Below, one piece after another: positions 29,012 through 36,727 of a stretch of DNA of 64,000 nt (position 1 is its first letter; each line of letters begins with the position of its first letter). The position numbers and the translations under genes are program-made. The stretch spans positions 224,001-288,000 of the forward strand of contig CAWJDT010000005.1 of assembly GCA_963841735.1 (NCBI GenBank), given 5' to 3'. The notes under the pieces were generated by a model that saw nothing but the letters and a program-made list of their open reading frames with translations, ran no database searches and was not told the DNA's origin. Origin of the DNA: an uncultured Actinomycetes bacterium. GTDB lineage: Bacteria > Actinomycetota > Thermoleophilia > RBG-16-64-13.

Positions 29012-31122
29012 GCAGTCTTCTTCCGCTCACCGTTTGAGTGCCAGGCGAAGCCGCTGAGGTCGCGAACGGAACCGATTGTTGTGAGCAGCTGCGCGTTAGC
29101 AATGACCCGCTCGTCGTTCAGCGACAGCTTGATTCCGGCTTCGCTCATCCGCCGTATCTTCGACGCTGCTGAGCCAAGAGCATCCGACCTGGCGGCCGGG
29201 CGCGTTCCTTCATCCTTCCGGCAGACGACTATGGCGTCAATCTGAATGGGGCTCTTCGCCTGCGACTTCGGAGTCGCCCCGGACATCTCGGACTTGACGG
29301 GATGAGCATTGACGACGACGAAGCCGGATTCGACCACGGCCCTCGCTACGGAGTCCCATCCTTCGTCTCGCGAATGATGGTAGGTGAAAACCAGGAGCCC
29401 CGAAGGCTTCAAGACACGATGGCACTCGCGAAAGACGGAGGCCAGCTTATGGCTAAACAATGTCGCTTGCGCGTCTTGGACTTCCCCGGCGGAACGAGTG
29501 CTGCCGGATTCCTTGACGAAGCCTCGCGGAGTCAGTTGTTGCCAGGCATAGAAGAAATCGGCGAGTTCGGAATAGTGCACGTTATCGAAGAAGGGCGGAT
29601 CGGTCACGACGAGGTCAATACTGCTGGCAGGAAAGCCGGTTTCGCTGGAATCGCCGCACGAAAGATAGATCGCTCGTCCGCTCCTGTCGCCGTTAAGGGG
29701 AGTGTCCATGTGGACTTGTCCAGCAAAGGCCGCCGAACACTGCACTGCCTGGCCACTGCTAGAACCAACGATCTCCAAGGGATTGCGCCGGTAACTGATC
29801 GCTTTCAGCAGACGACCAGCGAACAAGCCCGAAAAGCTTCCGGAACTCTTCGAGGTTCCCCATATGTTGGCCTCAATTGGTGTTCGTTCCGGCTTCAAGA
29901 TGTGATGAGAGAACATATGTCGGACTGCGCCGGTGCCTTCGCCCTTGTATGAGGCGAACATGTTGTTGAATTCGAGAGCGCCGGAGAACAAGAGCAACAG
30001 GGCATCTCTCGATTCGGTGTCTTTCACTTCGGAAATGGCCCGATGCAGCTTCGCGAGTCCCAGCAGTTGCCGATCGTTGTGGAAGTCTCGCCAGCGCTTG
30101 AACCCGTAACTAATGGCCTGACGGGTATTGTTGCCATCCGCGAGTTCCAACGAGGGAACGGATAGAGCACCTTGCTCCAATTCTCGCTTCAGCTCGCTGG
30201 AGCATTCCTCGTAGCGCGCCAGATCCTGCGCGTTTGCGGCCAAGTACTCCTTGCGTCCCTCCCGCGTCAGGACGAGCTTGGCATACAAGCGAAACGACGA
30301 CGGAGCCTCCCCAGATAGCGTGTCAAGCACTCGAAAGTCGTTGCGGCAAGAAGGGCAAGTGGCCGAGCGACCGTTCACAACGCCAACGTCCTGGTTGAAG
30401 TCGTGTCCGCAGCGATCGCAAGTCGCGTCCGGCTGATCGTATCTGCCCTCAAAGATTTGGTCGCATTTCGGGCAAAGCACTTGGACTTCTGGCTTTCGAC
30501 GCGGATAGGCGTTCCGCGCAAATACCCAAGAGGAAAAGAGATCAACAGTGCTTCGACAGGTTGGACAGCCGGCCTGCATCACCCAGAAGTAGTAGAGAAC
30601 CTCGCACTGTTCGCCCCTGCTGTCTTCCGAGGCGTACATAGCGCGAAGCTCTTCACCAACAGAGGCTGAGAGCGAATCAAAGGCTCTTCGCAGCTTGATT
30701 TCGTCCAGCCCACCCAATGCCACTCGCACTGCCTCAGCCGCCACCGGGTTGATGTCGCGACCTACTGCGGTGAGCCCGAGCTTGTGAGCTTCTCCGATTG
30801 TAGTTCCAGACCCCATGAAAGGGTCAAAGGCAGTAACGCCTGCGTAGTCTTGCCTGCGATAGAACTCGCTCCGCAAGTCGCTATCGGCCGGAAGGAGGCA
30901 GCCGAGAAGGATTCCCCGGAACACGGAACCGAGCCTTTTCGCCCACCACTTGTGCGTGTGGTAAATCGGTCGGTGGATCTCCTTTCGCCAGCTCTCTCGT
31001 TCGGCGATGCCCCCTAGAAACTCAAAGTCAAAAGCATCGGTCTCTATGAGCGCTGGCTGCCCACCGACTACCTGTGCTTCCCGGCTCGCCAGAAGAGGCA
31101 GCGTCTCAACACTCGTCTTCAT
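29008..31122 (-). CDS. Zn-ribbon adenine DNA methyltransferase (DUF1156-like)
   Basis: HKWWAKRLGSVFR, DPFMGSGTT (motif I), four CxxC motifs, TDPPFFDNVHYSELADFF (motif IV). Confidence 0.88.
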   Translation of the reverse strand: MKTSVETLPLLASREAQVVGGQPALIETDAFDFEFLGGIAERESWRKEIHRPIYHTHKWWAKRLGSVFRGILLGCLLPADSDLRSEFYRRQDYAGVTAFDPFMGSGTTIGEAHKLGLTAVGRDINPVAAEAVRVALGGLDEIKLRRAFDSLSASVGEELRAMYASEDSRGEQCEVLYYFWVMQAGCPTCRSTVDLFSSWVFARNAYPRRKPEVQVLCPKCDQIFEGRYDQPDATCDRCGHDFNQDVGVVNGRSATCPSCRNDFRVLDTLSGEAPSSFRLYAKLVLTREGRKEYLAANAQDLARYEECSSELKRELEQGALSVPSLELADGNNTRQAISYGFKRWRDFHNDRQLLGLAKLHRAISEVKDTESRDALLLLFSGALEFNNMFASYKGEGTGAVRHMFSHHILKPERTPIEANIWGTSKSSGSFSGLFAGRLLKAISYRRNPLEIVGSSSGQAVQCSAAFAGQVHMDTPLNGDRSGRAIYLSCGDSSETGFPASSIDLVVTDPPFFDNVHYSELADFFYAWQQLTPRGFVKESGSTRSAGEVQDAQATLFSHKLASVFRECHRVLKPSGLLVFTYHHSRDEGWDSVARAVVESGFVVVNAHPVKSEMSGATPKSQAKSPIQIDAIVVCRKDEGTRPAARSDALGSAASKIRRMSEAGIKLSLNDERVIANAQLLTTIGSVRDLSGFAWHSNGERKKTA

Positions 31123-31909
31123 CAATATCGCTTTCGCTCAAGACCTCTGCGAAGTCACGGATTCTCACAACATCTGTGGCTGCACCTTTGGCCCGCCATG
31201 CTGTGAACCGATGCGCTGTCCCGGCCGCTGGGTTTGGCACACGGCTAGGCTCGATTTCATTGGTCTCAAGATCGAAGGAGTAACCAACAATTAGCTCCGC
31301 GGTCTCGACGCGAATGAGATCGCCGACGGGCACAAGATCATCATTGACTTCAGCCTCACTTGGCAGAATCAGTGTTACCCGATGTGCCAACCCGCCGGCA
31401 ATTCGGAACGGTGTCGGAGCAACGTACATCTTGCGGTCTCGTATCATGATGTCGCCGTAGCTGCCGAAGCCCTTAACGCTCTTGTTCTTGTGAACATAGT
31501 CATGCTGAGCGTTCAGGAAATCGCCGTGGCAAAGGACAAAGTCGAGTACAGGGTACTGATCACCGTCGGGGTCCTTTGGGTAGCGACCAAACACGTAGTA
31601 GATATCCCGCCCGTTATGAAAGCCAGCCGGAACCTGACTATTACAGTCGAAACTCGCATCCCTACCCGGGTAAGCTAGGCCCTTGATTTCGTAGCCGACA
31701 GGAACCGTGACAAGCCGGAAGTCGGGATAGCTATTCCTGCCCCCCGCCTCGTAATTGAAGCCGGTGCTTGCCACCCGATCCTTGAACCAATTCTGGAAGT
31801 GGAACTCCTTGTCGCTGCTGCTGACGCGGCGGATGAGGACTCCCCGGCCAATGGCACTCGCGCACTCCTTGAAGATGGCTACAGCAGTTTCGTGGGGCTC
31901 GTGTTCCAT
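31106..31909 (-). CDS. Putative type II restriction endonuclease (PD-(D/E)XK)
   Basis: YPDF...YEIK, NSQVP; overlaps the MTase start; GGAG RBS before ATG 31909. Confidence 0.7.
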   Translation of the reverse strand: MEHEPHETAVAIFKECASAIGRGVLIRRVSSSDKEFHFQNWFKDRVASTGFNYEAGGRNSYPDFRLVTVPVGYEIKGLAYPGRDASFDCNSQVPAGFHNGRDIYYVFGRYPKDPDGDQYPVLDFVLCHGDFLNAQHDYVHKNKSVKGFGSYGDIMIRDRKMYVAPTPFRIAGGLAHRVTLILPSEAEVNDDLVPVGDLIRVETAELIVGYSFDLETNEIEPSRVPNPAAGTAHRFTAWRAKGAATDVVRIRDFAEVLSESDIDEDEC

Positions 31910-32263
31910 GTGTTGTCTATCTCCAGTTATCTTCATTGACGTCGAGAAGCGGCCTCGGCTGCCGCCCCTGCCTACACTGTACAACTAGCATCGGACAGGT
32001 ACGAGGGTTTGGCTTTGCTTGTCTTGGAGCTCTTGCTGGTGGTTGAAGAGGGCGCCAATACTATACATATTTATAGCATGATGCCGCGACTTGACACAAG
32101 CCAGCGCACCGTACGCTTTTCGCCATTAACGAAATGAACAGCTGGCATCAGAGCGCCACTCACAAATCATCCTCCCTCTCGAAACTCCGGTCTTTTCTGG
32201 GGGGGTGCTAGTCTTCTTGAGACAGTGGACGACTAATTTGCGGAACCTCTCGGGGGGAAACGC

Positions 32264-33352
32264 TTGGCAGACATCACTCAGGATCTGGAGAGCTTGCTCG
32301 GTACGGCCTATGAGCTTTTCCGGAACTCTGACTGCGCTCGCGAGTGCGAAATCCTTGCGGACGCTCGCGCGGAGATTGAGCAGACCGGGTATGACAATTG
32401 GAACGGTGGAACGGATATCTACCGGGTCGTCCTCGAGATTCCTCTTGATGTCTATGCCAAGTGGGAATCGGAGTTAAAGAGTATCGAGGTCTCCCTCAAG
32501 CAAAGGGTCGAGGCGCTTTTTCGCAAGTATCCCGACGTGTGGCTGGGTGAAGTTGTCATCCTTCCGCAGCTCGCAACTCCTCTCAGGAGGCGAGACCTGC
32601 CTTCGTACACTATGTCCAATAAGGATCTCGTTGCTGATCTAGAAGCTCAGAAGAACTTGATGATCGCCGTGTCAACTGATGGTCCCAGAATTCAGAAAGT
32701 GGACCATGAATATTCGGCGCGGCAGAAACGCATAGGGGTCGGACTCACTGAGCGTGGCCTGGAGGACCCGAACCCATACGCCGATCTCTGGGCCTGGTAC
32801 GGGAAATGGAGCAGTGGCGACCTACCTTCCTACCAGTCGCGTCGTGTCTACATCGGCGGGCTTCTGAATCCCCTGATACTTCAGCTCAGGAATGAGGCAA
32901 GTTCTAGCGACCTCCTCGCGTCGGTAAGGCCGACCGGATGGCCGCGTGTGGACAGGAACATAGGAGAAGTGCGGTCTACGCTGGGTCGGGCTCGAACCGA
33001 GGAACAGTATCAGGCCGTGGGCCTCCTTTGTCGTGAGACGATGATTTCGCTTGCGCAGGCCGTATACGATGCGCAGAACCATCCGAGCCCTGACGGCGTA
33101 GAGGTCAGTGATACCGACGCCAAGCGCATGTTGGACGCGTTCCTCGCGGCTGAGCTAGGTGGTCAGGAAAACGAAGATGTCCGCCGATATGCAAAGGCCG
33201 CTCTTAGCCTCGCTAACGCGCTTACACACAAGCGAACGGCCGGATTCAGGGACGCGGCTCTATGCGCAGAGGCCACAACTGCCGTCGTCAACATTGTCGC
33301 CATTGTGTCTGGCCAGAGAGACCCGGAACAACTAGGTCCTCGAATAGTGTGA
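32264..33352 (+). CDS. AbiJ-like abortive-infection protein
   Basis: GYDNWNGGT N-terminal domain, PNPYADLWAWYGKW, Abi_C-like C-terminus (QAVGLLCRE...ALTHKR). Confidence 0.6.
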   Translation: MADITQDLESLLGTAYELFRNSDCARECEILADARAEIEQTGYDNWNGGTDIYRVVLEIPLDVYAKWESELKSIEVSLKQRVEALFRKYPDVWLGEVVILPQLATPLRRRDLPSYTMSNKDLVADLEAQKNLMIAVSTDGPRIQKVDHEYSARQKRIGVGLTERGLEDPNPYADLWAWYGKWSSGDLPSYQSRRVYIGGLLNPLILQLRNEASSSDLLASVRPTGWPRVDRNIGEVRSTLGRARTEEQYQAVGLLCRETMISLAQAVYDAQNHPSPDGVEVSDTDAKRMLDAFLAAELGGQENEDVRRYAKAALSLANALTHKRTAGFRDAALCAEATTAVVNIVAIVSGQRDPEQLGPRIV

Positions 33353-33395
33353 GCTAATGCCATATGGGCACGCGACCGCTGTCGACATCAGGCGA

Positions 33396-34598
33396 TCAGC
33401 GGGAAACACGGAAACCGACGCTCGCGGACGTGTTGCCAGGCGCGAAGTTCAAAGCCAGGTACAGAACCCCAACGCCGCTGCCATCGTACCAATAGCCACC
33501 ACGAAGGAAGCCACGCGCCGCGGTTTCGCCAGCATAACTATATAGTCCGCCGACGCCGTTGCCGGTGTTCCAACTACTTGCGCCCGTAATGCCCGTAGAA
33601 GCAGGGGTGGCAGGGACAGTCAGGCTGCCAGGTGCGGTTACAGCTGTCCATTCTTTCCAAGCATACGTACCTTCGCCGGTTATGCCAGGTTGGCCGGTGG
33701 TTACTGTGCCACTTGTCCATTCCCAGACGTTGCCCGCCATGTCCCAGATGACTTCACCGTTGGTGAGGGTTAGGGTGCGTTTTTGGTCCGAATTGGACAC
33801 GTTGCCAGTGTCGCTGTAGCCATCACCAGTATTTGAAACAGCTAGGGCGTTGGCAGGTACGTTGTCGTTATGCCCTCGGTAGATGAAACCAGAACCAACC
33901 GTGCCGGTGCTCCAGTTGAATGCGACCGACAGAACGTTCTGAGCAATGGTCATCCATTCGGCTTCGGTGATCAGGTGGCAGCCGGTGCAGCCTGCTACGT
34001 TGGCGCTATTAGTGATGGCCGTAGTCTGGGAGATGCTGACCCAAGGTGAACCAGTCGGCTGACTGACCGGGACATTGCTGCCAGCGTCTTTGGCTTCATA
34101 CTTCATAACACAAAAGTCATTGGTGCCATAAGTACCGCTGCCGGGGACCGGTATGAAACCGCTCGGGCAGGCACTGCCGGTTGATGAACCATTGGCGGTC
34201 GTGGCGATGGCCGGAGAAGAGCCGTTAGTGACGGCGTAGGCGGTCGCGTTCTTGGTGGCCGTCAAATGGAAGGTTGAAGGAGCGACGCTGCTATAGGCCA
34301 GCGTAGTGCCGGTGCTTGCTTTCAGGCAGTACTTGCTATCCACCGTCGGAGCAGTCGGACAGTTGCTGCCATCAAGGGCGGTTGGATAAGAGCCGTATTC
34401 CACGCCGTACATCTTGAGCAGCCTGGAAGCATTGTCCAGATCGGATTGGACCGAGGCGACGGTGGCTCGGCTAGTGATGCCGGAGTAGCTAACAACCGTA
34501 ATCGCGGCTAGGATGCCAATGACGACGATTACAACCAAGAGCTCGACTATGGTAAAAGCCGGACGTCGATCCTTGGTCGGGCGCTTGTTGCTACGCAT
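33396..34598 (-). CDS. Prepilin-type N-methylation domain plus FGE-sulfatase (CLec-fold) protein, paralog 2
   Basis: AFTIVELLVVIVVIGILAAI; DMAGNVWEW; RGGYW...VGFRVSR; same length (400 aa) as 21745..22947. Confidence 0.85.
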   Translation of the reverse strand: MRSNKRPTKDRRPAFTIVELLVVIVVIGILAAITVVSYSGITSRATVASVQSDLDNASRLLKMYGVEYGSYPTALDGSNCPTAPTVDSKYCLKASTGTTLAYSSVAPSTFHLTATKNATAYAVTNGSSPAIATTANGSSTGSACPSGFIPVPGSGTYGTNDFCVMKYEAKDAGSNVPVSQPTGSPWVSISQTTAITNSANVAGCTGCHLITEAEWMTIAQNVLSVAFNWSTGTVGSGFIYRGHNDNVPANALAVSNTGDGYSDTGNVSNSDQKRTLTLTNGEVIWDMAGNVWEWTSGTVTTGQPGITGEGTYAWKEWTAVTAPGSLTVPATPASTGITGASSWNTGNGVGGLYSYAGETAARGFLRGGYWYDGSGVGVLYLALNFAPGNTSASVGFRVSR

Positions 34599-34608
34599 GT
34601 ATGCATAT

Positions 34609-34651
34609 AGTTTATGCTTGACTTGAGATTAGCGCAACATGTTTATCCACA
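34609..34651 (-). promoter_or_regulatory. Promoter of pilin-CLec gene 2 plus DnaA-box-like 9-mer
   Basis: TTGCGC-17-TAAACT, 10 nt before ATG; TTATCCACA at 34643-34651. Confidence 0.6.
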
Positions 34652-34741
34652 ATCATGCGCAACGTCACTTGCCGGTCTGTCCGATTCCCGAGCAAGACGC
34701 ACGGCTCGTTCACGGAACTCGGTCGGATAGCGAACGCCCAT
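34643..34741 (-). pseudogene. IS3-family transposase OrfA N-terminal remnant
   Basis: MGVRYPTEFRERAVRLARESDRPASDVAHDCG* resembles the HTH_Tnp_1 start. Confidence 0.6.
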
Positions 34742-35462
34742 CCCGGAGCGACAGCTGGCATTCAAGGTGTCCCAGCCGAACTGTTGCCTGCAGCCTAATC
34801 CTTTCGCCTCCCTCCAGAACTGCCGTGTATGATCCGGGCTTCTCGCCGCGCCACTGCAAGTCGAGTTCGACCGGAAGGTCCTCAAGTGCAGCGGCATCTG
34901 CGAGTTGTGATCGGTAGCGGCCCCCACGCGCGGAGCGTTCAATCATCGGTAGATCCATTTGGATGTCTTGCCCGTTGAGAAGAAGGCGAGGTGCTCCCAT
35001 TGCGATGTTCGGTGGCACACGCAGCTCAAGTTGAAGTTGTACAACCGACCCAACCGACGACAGTATCAAGATTGCACGAGGCTGCAGCCAGGGAGCCGCG
35101 CCCACCAGCAGGATGGCCAGCTTCTCAATCCCTGTATCACTCCACCTCCGCACCGTGCGCTGATCGACATTGTGGAGGCTGCCGAACTCACTAAGGCGCT
35201 CAAGCACGTTTTCGCCGCTACTATCCCAGCCGATGCTCACCATCGCTGCAGCGATGTCGCGGTCCTCACCGTATTCATCCGCAAGAGAAATCAACCGCTC
35301 AAGTGCAACGTCTGCGTCTCCGTCGCCAAGACCTCTCACGAGCACCTGCGCACGATGAAGACTTGAGGCTGACAACGTCTGCCGGAGCTTGCGCAGCGCC
35401 CGTAGTTCTGCGATCAGCAAGCCTGCAGCCCGACGCCTTCCTGGCATGCCGTCGTCGCCCAT
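34710..35462 (-). CDS. Hypothetical protein (possible DNA-binding regulator)
   Basis: 250-aa ORF divergent from the backbone operon; HTH-like VDQRTVRRWSD. Confidence 0.45.
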   Translation of the reverse strand: MGDDGMPGRRRAAGLLIAELRALRKLRQTLSASSLHRAQVLVRGLGDGDADVALERLISLADEYGEDRDIAAAMVSIGWDSSGENVLERLSEFGSLHNVDQRTVRRWSDTGIEKLAILLVGAAPWLQPRAILILSSVGSVVQLQLELRVPPNIAMGAPRLLLNGQDIQMDLPMIERSARGGRYRSQLADAAALEDLPVELDLQWRGEKPGSYTAVLEGGERIRLQATVRLGHLECQLSLRDGRSLSDRVP

Positions 35463-35616
35463 CTTGTCACCGCCCTATCACGATCGATTCCTGGCGCTCG
35501 CGCTACCACTCACGCCATGTCACTTCCATGTCATTACAACCCGCCTGGGCCGGGGGTCTAATGGGCCCAGGTGGCCAGAAAAGCCGCTCAGGCAAAACCA
35601 AGAGAAAGGATACAAA

Positions 35617-35925
35617 ATGATGAGTGGTAAAGGGTTAGCTTTGTCCGGTAGCGATGGTTTCTCGCACCAATCTCTCGACCGGGTCACCCGACCGGTCCAG
35701 CGTGAAACTTCGATTGAGCTGGCACGGACTGCAGGCCAGGGTCAAGTGTTGAAGGCGCGCGAAGATATCCGGGCGGCCATTACCAGCGCGGCCCTGCAGA
35801 ACGTTGGAGCGCTCAGCGCACTCGAACAACACCTGATCGAGGTTGCGCCGATGGGAGCTGAGCGCTATCGGCACATTGTCGACGCCTACACCATGGGCGC
35901 CGCCCAGACGATCGCGCGGTGGTAG
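35617..35925 (+). CDS. Hypothetical protein of the element backbone
   Basis: GAAAGGA RBS before ATG 35617; coupled to the next ORF. Confidence 0.6.
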   Translation: MMSGKGLALSGSDGFSHQSLDRVTRPVQRETSIELARTAGQGQVLKAREDIRAAITSAALQNVGALSALEQHLIEVAPMGAERYRHIVDAYTMGAAQTIARW

Positions 35926-36224
35926 TGATGCTTGCGTTTGGCATTACTCTCATCGTTCTTCTCGGCGCGGCCGTGATTGGCGTTGTCTCCCAGCAGTTGA
36001 TCAAACACTGGCAGGCGGAGCGACGCCGCCAAGAGATTGGACGAATACAGCGCGAAGTGGCCGAAGCCAAGCGACAGCTGCAAATGCTGGCCACGGCGCA
36101 CCAGACCTGGCTCAACGATCAGGCTCATGAGGTTCGTAAGGCCCTCATCATGGAGTCATTCAGGTACTCGCACGGCGCTGTCCAGCGGGCGAGCAAGAAC
36201 GAGTCATCGCACTCTGGATACTGA
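35925..36224 (+). CDS. Small membrane/coiled-coil protein
   Basis: N-terminal TM helix then coiled coil; overlaps both neighbours. Confidence 0.6.
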   Translation: MMLAFGITLIVLLGAAVIGVVSQQLIKHWQAERRRQEIGRIQREVAEAKRQLQMLATAHQTWLNDQAHEVRKALIMESFRYSHGAVQRASKNESSHSGY

Positions 36225-36394
36225 TGGACAACCCGGGCAGAAAGATCAGCGCTGCGCTAGCGATTCTGCTGGCAATAGCAGTCGCAACTCGGCTGGCTTG
36301 GGCGCTGCTCAAGCCAGCCGTGCCCTTCCTCATCATCGTGTTCGTGATCCTAGTCGCGCTATCGGTCTTCTGGCGCAGGCGCGGAGGCTGGTAG
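36224..36394 (+). CDS. 56-aa two-TM membrane protein (below the ORF-track cutoff)
   Basis: TGATG overlap; MDNPGRKISAALAILLAIAVATRLAWALLKPAVPFLIIVFVILVALSVFWRRRGGW. Confidence 0.65.
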   Translation: MDNPGRKISAALAILLAIAVATRLAWALLKPAVPFLIIVFVILVALSVFWRRRGGW

Positions 36395-36444
36395 TACCAG
36401 GGGCCGAGCCTCGCCGGTCGCTGTTGTGAAATGTACATTTTCTA

Positions 36445-36466
36445 TTGACTGATGCATTCGTGCATC
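36445..36466 (+). promoter_or_regulatory. -35-like TTGACT followed by a palindromic operator
   Basis: GATGCA-ttcg-TGCATC; related palindrome at 41413-41430. Confidence 0.5.
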
Positions 36467-36520
36467 GTTTACTAGACCTTATCTCTGCCGCACGCTCGGC
36501 AGGTCAGGGAGGAAGGAAGT

Positions 36521-36727
36521 ATGAGTCGCACCCCAGAGCATCGCATCTTCATTCGATCAATCAGGAAGGACCCGCCTGATTACGTCAAACTTGGTCAGGC
36601 GCTTCTGCGGCTGGCGACCATGAAAGCAGCGGCAGAGGCCGAAGCTCCGACCAATAATGAGGCGGCCGACATACCGCCGCCTGTCAGGGTCGAGCCCGAA
36701 AGATCTGGGCAGGAGTCCGAATCATGA
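36521..36727 (+). CDS. Small hypothetical protein
   Basis: GGAGG RBS; ATGA overlap with the ATPase gene. Confidence 0.6.
   Translation: MSRTPEHRIFIRSIRKDPPDYVKLGQALLRLATMKAAAEAEAPTNNEAADIPPPVRVEPERSGQESES

Noticed and set aside
21745-34598. Complete diversity-generating retroelement
   Set aside because: No reverse transcriptase, Avd or AAC-rich template repeat was found by eye in the window
23005-34651. Replication origin suggested by DnaA boxes
   Set aside because: Only two isolated boxes 11.6 kb apart, with no cluster, unwinding element or dnaA gene
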